A stretch of DNA of 64,000 nucleotides, taken from IMG/VR virus record IMGVR_UViG_3300005528_000049; one strand, written 5' to 3'. A program made the translations under genes and the position numbers. The stretch is from a virus (taxonomy: Duplodnaviria; Heunggongvirae; Uroviricota; Caudoviricetes). Numbering within the stretch: position 1 is the first letter of the stretch; the number at the start of each line of letters is the position of its first letter. Shown in pieces: positions 40,010 through 50,053 of the stretch. The notes under the pieces are model-generated. The model searched no databases. It saw only the letters and a program-made list of their open reading frames with translations, and was not told the DNA's origin.

Positions 40010-43000
40010 ATGTTAGTTGAATTTGAGTTAAATAAAGAAGAACAAGATATTAAACCTGACTTTGGTCCTGTAGGTTCTATTGTTGATATTAGAACATATA
40101 GAAGATGGCTGCCAAATAAAAAAAGAAGAGAGACATTTGTAGAAAGAAATGCAAGAGTAGTAGATGCTAATTTAGACCTTGTTAAAGATATTATTAGTGA
40201 TCAAGAGTATGAGTTAGAAAGATCTACTATGATGGATCATATGAATAAATTACTAGCTCTGCCTTCTGGTAGAAGTATGTGGATTGCAGGCACTGAAGCT
40301 AATAAAAAACATCCTGCTTCATCCTTCAATTGTTCAGCTTTAGCTATTAATAGAATAGAAGCTTTTACAACTGTATTTGAACTGTTAATGCTTGGTACTG
40401 GTGTTGGATTTAGAGTGTTTGGCTCTGATATTAATGAGCTGTCAAATATTAAGAAGTTTGATATATTGTTTGATTCTTATAACCCAAAGCCTAAACATGA
40501 GAGAATTGAAAGTACCATTGTAAGTTATTCTAAGAATGCAACTATTGTACAGGTTGGGGATAGTAGAGAAGGATGGATACATGCTTTACACGCTCTCTTA
40601 GAAATAGCTTTTTGTATAAATAAAGATACGTCTATCTCATTTAATTTTGATTCTGTTAGACCATTAGGTGAGAGAATTAATGGTTTTGGTGGCACGGCTA
40701 GTGGTCATGAAGCATTAAAGAATTTGCTTAAAGATGTCTTTGATATCTTTAATGAATGTCCGGATAGTAAGCTTAGAAGTATTGATTGTTTAGATATTTG
40801 TTGTGCTATTGCTAAGGGTGTTGTAGCTGGTAATACTAGAAGATCTGCATTACTTTGTCTCTTTGAAGAAGGTGATGACCTAATGGCCAATGCTAAGGTA
40901 AACCTATTTGATGATCCTACTTTAAAGGGTAAGTATTATAGAATTCAAAGTAATAATACTGAAGCATTAGGCACCCCTTATTTATCTGAATTAAGAGAGT
41001 TTCTAGAAGCCAATCCAGATGTTTCTAAAGAAGATTTATTCAAGTTTATTGATAAGTACAAACCTTCTGTTGAATGGTTAAAAGAAAGATTTAAAGTAAT
41101 TGCTAATGCTGGTGATCCAGGCTTTGCTAACTATTTGAAGATGGTTGGTAAGAAGTGGTTAGCTGTTAGAAAGCACAGACCTGATTTTGATGTTAAGAAA
41201 ATCTGGGAATATTTTTGTGATATTTGTACGAACCCATGCCACGAAATAATTTTGTCTGTAGGTTATAAAGATGGTAAAGGAACTGGATTTTGCAATTTAA
41301 CAACTCTTCCAATTAATAAATTTGTTATTAAAAAATGTAATAATAATGATTTATGTGCAGTTACTGGTTATAAGCTAGATGAGAAAGCTTTAGAACAAGC
41401 TATTAAACTTACAGTTAGAATAGCTACAAGACAAACCTTTGTTACTATGCCTAGAGCTGAACTAGATGATACTCAGAAAGCTGAAAGATTGTTGGGAGTG
41501 TCAGTCACTGGTTGGATTCAATTATTTAATAAACTAGATTTGTCTTATACAGAACAAGAAGACTTAATGACTAAGTTAAATGACTGGGCTAATGATGAAG
41601 CAACTACATATGCTAATAAGTTAGGTATTGAAAGACCCTTAATGGTGTGTTGTATTAAACCAGAGGGGTGCGGAAAAATTTCACATATAAGAACAACAAC
41701 TGAAGGTTTATTAAGAGTTGATGAGATCGGAGATGTATCTAAATTAGGTTTTAATAAAGTTGATACAAACAATACAACAACTAAAGGATTTTCTATTAGA
41801 AGTGTATATAATAACGGCTTATCTAAAGTTGTAAAAATTAAACTAAACAATGGAAGAGAATTAGTATTTACACTCCAACATCCTTTTAGTGTAAATGGTT
41901 TATGGAAAAATGCTGTTAATTTAAAGAAAGGCGATGTATTAGATATTGAATTAGATACTTATAATAAAGTAACTAATGAATTACTAGCAAATTACAGTGC
42001 TAAATATAATCATTTAAGAAAAGAAGATTTATTATTTCCTAAAGAAATAACTAATGATTTATCTTGGTGGGTTGCTAGTGTATTTGCTAATGGTAGTGTA
42101 ACTAATCATGCAATTAGTTTCTATTCAGGATATATAGAAGTAGTACAAAAGTTTGTTGATTTAAGCAATAGTTTATTTAATATTTCTACTGTTGCTACAA
42201 AAGATAAAATAAAAGATATGTATAGGGTAAATATTAATTCTACAGATTTAGTTGAATATTTAAAGCTTAATGGTTTATTAAAGACAAAAAACTTTACTAT
42301 TCCTCTTATTATTAGAAGATCTAGTAGAGAAGCTTTACTATCTTTTATTTGTGGTTATTTAGATAATGATGGCTGCTTTAAAAACAAAGGATGTAGTATT
42401 ACTACAAAGAATGAAAACTTTGCAAGAATGTTACAAGAAGTTGGAGAAGCAGTAGGGCTATCATTTAGTTGTTATGATTATACAAGAGAAACAACTAAAA
42501 GTATTGGCATTTATTATGACTTACAGTTAAGTAGAACTTATTCAACTAATAGAGCTATTGATTTTATTAACAGTAATAGTATTAAAGCTAAATTAAATGG
42601 CTTTATTATTTCAAGTGATAAGAGTCATAAAAATCCTTATAAGGTTGATAGTGTTGAAGTATTAGAAGAGTTAATTAACACTTATGATATAGAAGTAGAT
42701 GATCCTCATTGGTATTATCAAGGTGGTATTAAATCGCATAATACTGGCTCTAAAGTATTAGGCTCTTCTAGTGGAGTTCATTGGGATTGGGCACCTTATT
42801 ATATTAATAGAATTCAAATGGGCGCTAATGATGCTCTTGCTAAGACATTAAAAGATCAGGGCTTTAGCTGGATTCCAACTCCTTATGATTTACTTAAACT
42901 ATATAATGATCAAGTTGAAGTGTTTAGTAATAATAATGTTATTAGATTATTTCAAAGGTTATTAGTTAGGTTTAATATTACTAAATCAAAATATGAGCCA

Positions 43001-43531
43001 AAGTTTAAAGATGTTTGGAGTAGAATTGAACACTTTAGATCTCTAACTGATAAGGATAAACAAGAAGCCTTTAACAATTCTAATGCAGTTTTATTTGAGT
43101 TTCCTGTTAACTCTGGTATGGTTGAATCTCAAGGTAGTGTAAGTGCTAGTAGACAGTTGCAAAATGTACTTAGATTTACTGATTGTTATGTTGATCATAT
43201 GGTGTCTTCTACTATTACAGCTAAAGAAGATGAATGGGATAACTTAGCAGAAGAGTTACATCAAGAAAAGAATTGGTTTAGATTTATTAATGCGGCCTTC
43301 TTATCTTATTACAGTGGTAATCATCCTCTTCTTCCTAATGAAGAAATAACAGAAGAAGTCTATAACAAGATGATGTCTTCTTTCAAGCAGTCTGAGTGGG
43401 TTAAAGATGGCAAGTTCTATGTCAATGAAGATCTATTAGCTAAATTAGAACAAGCAGCTTTAAGAGCTAATGTTGATATTGATGATGTTGATTTAGGTGC
43501 TTCTTGTCAAGGGGCATGTCCCGTCCGTTAA
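40010..43531 (+). CDS. nrdJ: ribonucleotide reductase, class II (adenosylcobalamin-dependent, NrdJ-like) containing an intein
   Basis: active-site motif ICTNPCHEIILS (TNPCxEI, class II form); no adjacent NrdB-like gene; C-terminal Cys pair SCQGACPV; 1173 aa including an in-frame 358-aa intein. Confidence 0.75.
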   Translation: MLVEFELNKEEQDIKPDFGPVGSIVDIRTYRRWLPNKKRRETFVERNARVVDANLDLVKDIISDQEYELERSTMMDHMNKLLALPSGRSMWIAGTEANKKHPASSFNCSALAINRIEAFTTVFELLMLGTGVGFRVFGSDINELSNIKKFDILFDSYNPKPKHERIESTIVSYSKNATIVQVGDSREGWIHALHALLEIAFCINKDTSISFNFDSVRPLGERINGFGGTASGHEALKNLLKDVFDIFNECPDSKLRSIDCLDICCAIAKGVVAGNTRRSALLCLFEEGDDLMANAKVNLFDDPTLKGKYYRIQSNNTEALGTPYLSELREFLEANPDVSKEDLFKFIDKYKPSVEWLKERFKVIANAGDPGFANYLKMVGKKWLAVRKHRPDFDVKKIWEYFCDICTNPCHEIILSVGYKDGKGTGFCNLTTLPINKFVIKKCNNNDLCAVTGYKLDEKALEQAIKLTVRIATRQTFVTMPRAELDDTQKAERLLGVSVTGWIQLFNKLDLSYTEQEDLMTKLNDWANDEATTYANKLGIERPLMVCCIKPEGCGKISHIRTTTEGLLRVDEIGDVSKLGFNKVDTNNTTTKGFSIRSVYNNGLSKVVKIKLNNGRELVFTLQHPFSVNGLWKNAVNLKKGDVLDIELDTYNKVTNELLANYSAKYNHLRKEDLLFPKEITNDLSWWVASVFANGSVTNHAISFYSGYIEVVQKFVDLSNSLFNISTVATKDKIKDMYRVNINSTDLVEYLKLNGLLKTKNFTIPLIIRRSSREALLSFICGYLDNDGCFKNKGCSITTKNENFARMLQEVGEAVGLSFSCYDYTRETTKSIGIYYDLQLSRTYSTNRAIDFINSNSIKAKLNGFIISSDKSHKNPYKVDSVEVLEELINTYDIEVDDPHWYYQGGIKSHNTGSKVLGSSSGVHWDWAPYYINRIQMGANDALAKTLKDQGFSWIPTPYDLLKLYNDQVEVFSNNNVIRLFQRLLVRFNITKSKYEPKFKDVWSRIEHFRSLTDKDKQEAFNNSNAVLFEFPVNSGMVESQGSVSASRQLQNVLRFTDCYVDHMVSSTITAKEDEWDNLAEELHQEKNWFRFINAAFLSYYSGNHPLLPNEEITEEVYNKMMSSFKQSEWVKDGKFYVNEDLLAKLEQAALRANVDIDDVDLGASCQGACPVR
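41669..42742 (+). mobile_element. intein with LAGLIDADG homing endonuclease inside the RNR ORF
   Basis: Begins with Cys after KPEG (CGKISHI..., block A); block B TLQHPF; LAGLIDADG motifs WWVASVFANGSV and CGYLDNDGCF; block F YDIEVDDPHWYYQGG; block G IKSHN followed by Thr; the excised extein would read CIKPEG/TGSKV. Confidence 0.7.
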
Positions 43532-43552
43532 GCATAAATACTTAATAACTTA

Positions 43553-43960
43553 ATGAAGACATATTATATGGTTACAGCAAATCTTACCTTCTTTATAAAT
43601 ATAGAAGAAGGTAAGATTCCTTTTTATCAAGAGTTGGCAGAAAATCTAATGAATAATAGAGGCTTTGGTTCAGATCAATATAACTTTACTATGATTAATA
43701 AAAAGAGAAGTCAGGGTATTGATCTAACTCAGGCTTATATTAATTTATATTTAGAGTTCTATAATGAATCTGCTTTAGAGATTAGAGTCTATCAAGTAAA
43801 AGAAGATACTTCATGGAGTAAAAAAGGTAGTTGGTGCTTTGAGAATATATTAACTAATATATTTCCAGACAGTTGTGATACATATCAATTTAATGCTTCT
43901 AAAGAGAGTGCTTGGAATAGCTTTATAAAATATTTAAATAGTTCTACTCTAATACATTAA
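43553..43960 (+). CDS. hypothetical protein
   Basis: 135-aa ORF. Confidence 0.45.
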   Translation: MKTYYMVTANLTFFINIEEGKIPFYQELAENLMNNRGFGSDQYNFTMINKKRSQGIDLTQAYINLYLEFYNESALEIRVYQVKEDTSWSKKGSWCFENILTNIFPDSCDTYQFNASKESAWNSFIKYLNSSTLIH

Positions 43961-44271
43961 AATGAGAATAATTAAAGCTAGAAGATTAGATAATATTGTT
44001 ATTGATTTACCAGATAACTTAGAAAGTTTGAAGTATATTATTAATAATAAATTCTATTTTTCTAGCTTTTGGTATGAGATAAATGAAGTTAATAAGAAAC
44101 AAGCATAAAGCAAAAATAAAAAAAATATAAGCCACTACATTACATGACTCATAAAGATTGTATTAGTGAAAGTGGCTGTCTTTATACAGAGGTAATATAT
44201 TAGTAGATATTCTTTGTAGATTAAATATTCATAGTTGGATATTTGGCTATAGATATGGATGGGTGGTTGCT

Positions 44272-44309
44272 AAGAAGTGTGTTAGATGTGATAAAACACA
44301 CTTCTTTTA
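44272..44309 (+). terminator. hairpin, possible terminator
   Basis: aagaagtgtgtt-agatgtgataa-aacacacttctt followed by ttatt. Confidence 0.4.
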
Positions 44310-44355
44310 TTATGATGTAATTGATAATATAATGTTTTACAATGACAAATAAATA

Positions 44356-44547
44356 ATGGAAGAACTACAAACTATAGATGATATTGTTAAATATTTGTTA
44401 GATATTAAAAGTAAGTATGGAAACTTACAAGTTGCAGATATAATTTGGGAAACTGCTGATAGACAAATGAATGAGCTAATTGCTATTAAACCTTGTGTAG
44501 TTACTAATCCTATAACTAAAAAAGATTATTTGGTAATATTTGATTGA
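44356..44547 (+). CDS. hypothetical small protein
   Basis: 63-aa ORF. Confidence 0.35.
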   Translation: MEELQTIDDIVKYLLDIKSKYGNLQVADIIWETADRQMNELIAIKPCVVTNPITKKDYLVIFD

Positions 44548-44872
44548 TATGAAAGATACTAAATTATTAATTACATATAGTTCAAGTTGGGCTGATGAAA
44601 TAAATATTCAATGCTCTTTACTTATGCTTTTAAATGAATGGATTGAAATATGTAGAGATGCTAAGTTGGCATTTGCAAAGTATAAAAGCTGTTGTCATAG
44701 AGTTGGTAGTAATCAAGAGATTGATTATTATAGCTATCAACAATGGTTAGATTGTTACTCAATTAAAGAATTAACTAATGCTGAGTATAAAGTGTTTAAG
44801 AAGTTTGAAAGAGTGATTGATAACAATAAATTCTTTATACCAGAGTACTATGAAGAGGATGTTTATATATAA
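44540..44872 (+). CDS. hypothetical protein
   Basis: 110-aa ORF. Confidence 0.4.
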   Translation: MIDMKDTKLLITYSSSWADEINIQCSLLMLLNEWIEICRDAKLAFAKYKSCCHRVGSNQEIDYYSYQQWLDCYSIKELTNAEYKVFKKFERVIDNNKFFIPEYYEEDVYI

Positions 44873-44898
44873 GGACTAAAGAAGAGTGTTTAGAAGAT

Positions 44899-45156
44899 TT
44901 GCTAACTCTTGATGAAGTAATTGATAGTTTCTTACATAGAGAACTTGTAGATGGTCAAACCTTAATTGACTTTCTTAAAGAGGGTACTAAGGTACCTCTT
45001 GTTGATTTTCATAAAAATATAAAGTTTCTTAATGCACTTAAAACAATGGCGGATAAAGAAGCTGCCACAAGAAGAATGAGTAAAGGTAGTGGCAAAAACT
45101 TAAGGTCTTTACAAAATGTTTTTAGTGAGTTTAGTACACCAATAAATTATGACTAA
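44899..45156 (+). CDS. hypothetical protein
   Basis: 85-aa ORF. Confidence 0.4.
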   Translation: MLTLDEVIDSFLHRELVDGQTLIDFLKEGTKVPLVDFHKNIKFLNALKTMADKEAATRRMSKGSGKNLRSLQNVFSEFSTPINYD

Positions 45157-45814
45157 GTTAAAAGCGCCAAGAATATATCATCTACCTTGGTCTGAAGTAT
45201 TAAGTAAGGATGATAAGTTTATTAGATCAACTAATATATTTAAAGATAAAGAGGTTATTGTTACTTTAAAATTTGATGGTGAGAATACTTCTTTGTACAA
45301 CGATGGAACATTTCATGCTAAGTCTTTAGATAGTAAAGCACATGAGTCTAGAGACTGGTTACATATTTGGTGGAGAGAAAAACTATATACTAGTAATTAT
45401 TTGTTGTTGCATGGTAAGTTGCCTGATTTAAGATTAGTTGGTGAAAATATGAAAGGCTTTCATACAATCCAATATAATAACTTAGAAGCTTTGTTTCTAT
45501 TACATAGCGCATGGAATGGCACCACATGTTTGTCATGGGAAGAAACACTTAATATAGCTTTTATATTAAATATAAAAACTCCACCTGTATTGTATAAAGG
45601 TGTTTATAATGAAGCAGCTATAAAGGAATTAAACAACTTAGAAAAGTATAATGATGATTTAGTTGAAGGCTATGTCATTAGAAATGCTGGTGAATTTGAC
45701 TATAAAGATTCAATAAACAATGTTGCTAAATTTGTATCTAGCAGGTTTGAAATTAAAGGCGATCACTGGTCTAAAGGTAAAATAACTTTTAATAAAACTA
45801 AATATGAAATATAG
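45149..45814 (+). CDS. ATP-dependent RNA/DNA ligase-like nucleotidyltransferase
   Basis: covalent nucleotidyltransferase motif I KFDGENTSL (KxDG); short (221 aa) as in the phage RNA_ligase-family proteins. Confidence 0.45.
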   Translation: MTKLKAPRIYHLPWSEVLSKDDKFIRSTNIFKDKEVIVTLKFDGENTSLYNDGTFHAKSLDSKAHESRDWLHIWWREKLYTSNYLLLHGKLPDLRLVGENMKGFHTIQYNNLEALFLLHSAWNGTTCLSWEETLNIAFILNIKTPPVLYKGVYNEAAIKELNNLEKYNDDLVEGYVIRNAGEFDYKDSINNVAKFVSSRFEIKGDHWSKGKITFNKTKYEI

Positions 45815-46097
45815 ATATAATTGTTATACAAGAAAGATTGGAGATAGAGAAGAAAAATATTACTGTATTGAGTACAATAAAACTGATGGAGACTATGACT
45901 CAGATTGGTTTGAATTAGAAGACTTTACTGAGGACATGTGTAAAGATGTAGCTGAACTATTAAATGCTAAATATGCTTCAGAGCCTTATTATAAATATAA
46001 AAAGTCTAATAATGCTTATGTTTATGTAAAGGGTATATGTAAAGGTATAAATGAAAGAATAGCAGCTTTAGATCCTATAGATCCTAAAGATTTATAA
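45804..46097 (+). CDS. hypothetical protein
   Basis: 97-aa ORF. Confidence 0.4.
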   Translation: MKYRYNCYTRKIGDREEKYYCIEYNKTDGDYDSDWFELEDFTEDMCKDVAELLNAKYASEPYYKYKKSNNAYVYVKGICKGINERIAALDPIDPKDL

Positions 46098-46175
46098 GTC
46101 TTAATTAATTTGCTGTTTATATTATTTAAGTTTGTTTATTTAAGAAATTAAATAATATAAATAGTGAGTTAAAAA

Positions 46176-46769
46176 ATGGCTAAAAGAGTTACAAGTAAAG
46201 TAGTAGGACTTGGTAGTAAAGGATTTACTCATGCTCACAATGGTGAAGATAATGAACCTATTACTCTTAGAAAAGATCATATTACTTGTATAGTACAAGC
46301 TCAAGTAGATTTAACTAATGCTTGGTTAGGTAATGTTAAAAGATTTTATAAGGCTGATGATTTTGAATATTTTCTATTAGATACTTTACAAGACTGTATG
46401 ATGAACATAGGAGCAATGATTTTTACTCCTAAATATGCTTGTTATGAGGTTAATACAGAAAATGTTATTAATACTCTATTAGAAAGACTAACTGTAATAA
46501 ATAATAATTTATTACCTACAGAATTCATTAAATATGGTGCTGATGAGATAAGTTCTTTTTGGGGCCTCTTAACAACTCAAGTTAGATTGTTAGAGACTCA
46601 ATGGGTAAAATGGATGAATGAAGCTTCTATTGTTGATAGTAAAAGAGATCAATATGAACTACAAGAAGAACTAATAAACTTAATTAGTAAGTGGTCTTAT
46701 AGTGAATGTAGATATTATTGTAAAATGAAAGGTTTACTAGTTAATACTTGGGAATCCAAACATGATTAG
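46176..46769 (+). CDS. hypothetical protein
   Basis: 197-aa ORF. Confidence 0.45.
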   Translation: MAKRVTSKVVGLGSKGFTHAHNGEDNEPITLRKDHITCIVQAQVDLTNAWLGNVKRFYKADDFEYFLLDTLQDCMMNIGAMIFTPKYACYEVNTENVINTLLERLTVINNNLLPTEFIKYGADEISSFWGLLTTQVRLLETQWVKWMNEASIVDSKRDQYELQEELINLISKWSYSECRYYCKMKGLLVNTWESKHD

Positions 46770-47061
46770 AATGCATAATAGCAATAACATTGCAGGTAAA
46801 GGACAGCTAATGAATACAGGTTTTGAAGATCTAAAAGAAAAAATGGACAAACAAGAAATATCTAATAAACAAATAATTACAATACTTTATAAAAATTGGA
46901 AGGGTAATTTAGGTATTAGACATATTATTCCTTGCGGTCCTTTAAGATGGGGTACAACAGAGTATCACAAAGAAGAGCAATGGCTTATGGAAGTATATGA
47001 CTTAGATAAAGGCGATATTAGAACTTATGCATTTAAAGATATTAAATATGTAGAGGATTAG
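46762..47061 (+). CDS. hypothetical protein
   Basis: 99-aa ORF. Confidence 0.4.
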   Translation: MIRMHNSNNIAGKGQLMNTGFEDLKEKMDKQEISNKQIITILYKNWKGNLGIRHIIPCGPLRWGTTEYHKEEQWLMEVYDLDKGDIRTYAFKDIKYVED

Positions 47062-47318
47062 AGTGTTAGGATCATTACTTCCAGGAACTGATAAGAATAT
47101 AATAAACTCATTAGAAGCTTATATAGCATATCAAAAAAGATTGATATCTAAATTGTCTAAAGAAGTTCAGCAGCAAAAGAATATGGTTAAAGAACTTAAA
47201 GCATATATTAATAGTTAATAATAAATGAAAAGGTCTAAAGAGATTAAGAGTATTTTTAGAAAAAGCTAAGATAGAATGTTATTACTTTACAAGAGAAGAC
47301 TTAAAAGCTTTATTTGAA

Positions 47319-47531
47319 TTGTATTATAAAGTTAAGGATATACATATCGGCTTTGAATGGGAATATAGTGGTATATATAAAATGGATATACCTTCAATAA
47401 ATAACTGTCCATCAAAGCCAGATAAGTATGATGAATGGTCTGATAGATTAAATGACATGTTTAATGCTGGTGCAATTCCAAAAGGTATATATTTAATAGA
47501 ATCAGATTATTATTGTGATTGTATTGGTTAA
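47319..47531 (+). CDS. hypothetical small protein
   Basis: 70-aa ORF. Confidence 0.35.
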   Translation: MYYKVKDIHIGFEWEYSGIYKMDIPSINNCPSKPDKYDEWSDRLNDMFNAGAIPKGIYLIESDYYCDCIG

Positions 47532-47751
47532 TAAAAAAAATATGACTACTAATAAGAATATTGTTTCTATACATAGTCCAACATATGATGAGGTTATATA
47601 CACATATGTTATGTCTGATGAGCAGTTAGAAGAATATAACCATATAACTAGAAATGGCACTTTAATGAATCTTAGAGTCTTTGGTGAGTTGAATATGAAG
47701 GGCCTTTTAAATAAAAGAATTAAACAAAATGTTAGTAGTATAAAACTATGA
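47515..47751 (+). CDS. hypothetical small protein
   Basis: 78-aa ORF. Confidence 0.35.
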   Translation: MIVLVNKKNMTTNKNIVSIHSPTYDEVIYTYVMSDEQLEEYNHITRNGTLMNLRVFGELNMKGLLNKRIKQNVSSIKL

Positions 47752-48074
47752 ATGGTGTACTTACAATTGATGCTAGCTATAATGATGTAGCTGGTCTTAT
47801 TTTTAGGGATAAAGAAGTAAAAGCATTTTGTATATCTCATTTAAATGCATTACAAATGGGTGAGAGTAATACAGTATATACTGCTCAAGAGCTAGTATTA
47901 TACATGTTTAGAGCTTTACTTTATAAAGATTATAAGCATTTACAAAGTCAAGTTGTGTTTAAATTTGATGGTGTTGAAGTAAAGTTTGATAAGAATATGA
48001 GAACAAGGGCTGAGTATCCTTATTCAGTTTATGATGAATGTTTATGTATATTAGTTGGTGGCGCTGATGGATAG
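47748..48074 (+). CDS. hypothetical protein
   Basis: 108-aa ORF. Confidence 0.4.
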   Translation: MNGVLTIDASYNDVAGLIFRDKEVKAFCISHLNALQMGESNTVYTAQELVLYMFRALLYKDYKHLQSQVVFKFDGVEVKFDKNMRTRAEYPYSVYDECLCILVGGADG

Positions 48075-48147
48075 ACTGCTTACTTATTAATTTGACATAC
48101 TCACTACTTCCATTATATAATTTGTATTAGTTAATTAAAATACTAAT

Positions 48148-48738
48148 ATGAATTATATAAAAATACTATGTCAATGTTGTGGAAATCCTAAAGATATAGT
48201 CAAAGGAGAATACAACAGAAAATTGAGATTAGGAACTAAGTTTTATTGTTCTAAGAAATGTTCCTATGAAGATAATAAACATTTACTTATAGAAGGATCT
48301 ATAGAATATTCAAAGTCTGAAAAAGGTATTAAACATCTAAATAACATAAGACCTATAAGACCTGCTGAACCCTTTAATTATTTCTTAAGAATAAAAACTA
48401 GAAGGACTAAACAAGAATTTAAGATTTCAATTGAATATCTAAAGGAGTTATGGGCTAAACAGAATGGTCTGTGTGCTATATCTAATTTACCTTTAGAATT
48501 ACCTCATGGTGTTGAGGGATTTAGCACCGTAAAACCTTTTAATGGTGCTTCTTTAGACAGAATTAATTCTAATTATGGTTACATTGAAGGTAATGTACAA
48601 TTTGTTTGTATGGGTATTAATTTTATGAAAAATGATTGGAATCAAGATTATATTAAAGATTGGATATTAGCAATGTCTAAGTCAGTACTTGACAAATATA
48701 AAGAAGTATTAGATAATAATAAAGTTATTGAAGTCTAA
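48148..48738 (+). CDS. putative HNH-family endonuclease
   Basis: N-terminal Cys cluster CQCCGNP...C..C; C-terminal SLDRINSNYGYIEGNVQFVCMGINFMKN resembles the HNH_3 core (LDRIDxxxGYxxxNxQxVCxxCN). Confidence 0.45.
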   Translation: MNYIKILCQCCGNPKDIVKGEYNRKLRLGTKFYCSKKCSYEDNKHLLIEGSIEYSKSEKGIKHLNNIRPIRPAEPFNYFLRIKTRRTKQEFKISIEYLKELWAKQNGLCAISNLPLELPHGVEGFSTVKPFNGASLDRINSNYGYIEGNVQFVCMGINFMKNDWNQDYIKDWILAMSKSVLDKYKEVLDNNKVIEV

Positions 48739-48783
48739 AAAGTAGTCTGGTACACGGCGGCTTCAATGCCCCCAGATCCACTT

Positions 48784-48857
48784 ATTTCAGTAGTGTAACG
48801 GTAGCATAAGAGTCTCCAAAACTTTTGGTAATAGTTCAAATCTATTCTGATTTGCCA
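48784..48857 (+). tRNA. tRNA-like, probable tRNA-Trp(CCA) with genome-encoded 3' CCA; 5' half non-canonical
   Basis: anticodon arm agagt-cuccaaa-acuuu (anticodon CCA, U33, A37); T arm aatag-TTCAAAT-ctatt; 3' ctgattt-g-CCA; no clean complementary 5' acceptor strand or D stem could be found by eye. Confidence 0.35.
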
Positions 48858-49012
48858 AGGGTCTGAAAGGTTTCGATGCTAGAAATAACTAATTAGACAT
48901 GCTTAGTAGTTTTATGAATGAAAAGCTAGGTGACAGAAAAATAAATGGCAACGTTAAAAATAATATTGTTAGCTTCTCTAAAGCACCTGTTTTAGCCTAA
49001 CAATAAATGAAA

Positions 49013-49040
49013 GGAGTAGTAGAAAATACTACTCCTTTTT
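49013..49040 (+). terminator. rho-independent terminator
   Basis: ggagtagta-gaaaa-tactactcc followed by ttttt. Confidence 0.7.
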
Positions 49041-49067
49041 AAGTCTTAAATTATTTAAAAGAAATTA

Positions 49068-49370
49068 ATGAATAATAAAAAACTAAAGAAAAGACATTTT
49101 AGTAAAGAAATAAGACTCTGCTTTGTTAATAATAAAGCAGACTTAATTAGTAAACTTATTGAAATTTTAACTCAAGAGTTACCAGAAGATATTGATAGTA
49201 TAAAAAAGTTTGGTTTTAATTTAGATAATAGTTTGCCTCTTTTAAATTGTGATTTTCATGTTGATTATTCAGGCTTTGAAACCTCAGAAGAATATAGAGA
49301 AAGACTAAAACTATTAACTGAATTAGCTGATGAGTTTAATTATTTAGAGAAAAATCATGGCCAGAACTAA
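49068..49370 (+). CDS. hypothetical protein
   Basis: 100-aa ORF. Confidence 0.4.
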   Translation: MNNKKLKKRHFSKEIRLCFVNNKADLISKLIEILTQELPEDIDSIKKFGFNLDNSLPLLNCDFHVDYSGFETSEEYRERLKLLTELADEFNYLEKNHGQN

Positions 49371-49734
49371 AAAAGTAAAAGATATTATAGTTGAACCAAC
49401 TATTGAACAAAGTGAATATATATCTATTTCTAGTATGTTTGCTGGTAAAGATTTACTTAAGGATAGTTCTAATTTAAATACAAAATTAAATCCTGAGAAT
49501 CACTACTTTCAGGACATTCATAGACTAGATCCAGAAGGAGACTTGCCCTTTTATTATGTAATTCATTTTGATAATTTACAATATAAGGGTGGTCCTTATA
49601 AAACTATCTATCAAGCTAATAGAGATTGTGCAATTAAGTTATATGAGTTATATAACTTAGAAGAAACCCCTATCATTGAATGTGAAAAAAAGGTTATTAA
49701 GAAAGATGAAAACAATACAGAAATGGATATATAG
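49357..49734 (+). CDS. hypothetical protein
   Basis: 125-aa ORF. Confidence 0.4.
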   Translation: MARTKKVKDIIVEPTIEQSEYISISSMFAGKDLLKDSSNLNTKLNPENHYFQDIHRLDPEGDLPFYYVIHFDNLQYKGGPYKTIYQANRDCAIKLYELYNLEETPIIECEKKVIKKDENNTEMDI

Positions 49735-50053
49735 TCTATTATTTGCACTAAGCTTAAATGTTTATGCTTTTCCTGCACTATCTACTAATGTAAGAGAAGT
49801 AAGAGAAGTAATAGAAGTATCACAAAAGAAGCATATACAAGCAGAACATATTAAAGGCTTTGATACATATGATCATCCAATTGATTATCATATAGAAGAA
49901 CAATATATCTTAAGATTTAAAGATAGAAATGGTTTTTTTGTTGTTCCAAAAAGAGTATATGATAAAACAGAAGTTGGAGATATGTTCACAACAGAAGATG
50001 ACCAATTGTATTATTGTAGATATATAGATAACTGTTATGATTCAACTCTCTAA
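49676..50053 (+). CDS. hypothetical secreted protein
   Basis: N-terminal signal-peptide-like MKTIQKWIYSLLFALSLNVYAFPALS. Confidence 0.4.
   Translation: MNVKKRLLRKMKTIQKWIYSLLFALSLNVYAFPALSTNVREVREVIEVSQKKHIQAEHIKGFDTYDHPIDYHIEEQYILRFKDRNGFFVVPKRVYDKTEVGDMFTTEDDQLYYCRYIDNCYDSTL

Noticed and set aside
40705-41850. Minus-strand ORFs within the RNR gene
   Set aside because: Antisense to a gene with clear RNR and intein motifs.
47502-47840. 112-aa minus ORF
   Set aside because: Overlaps three consecutive plus-strand small genes; hydrophobic low-complexity translation.
48739-49010. Possible tmRNA or large ncRNA in the 270-bp ORF-free gap
   Set aside because: Only a tRNA-like 3' half with CCA was recognisable; no tmRNA tag-reading-frame or pseudoknot pattern could be seen by eye.
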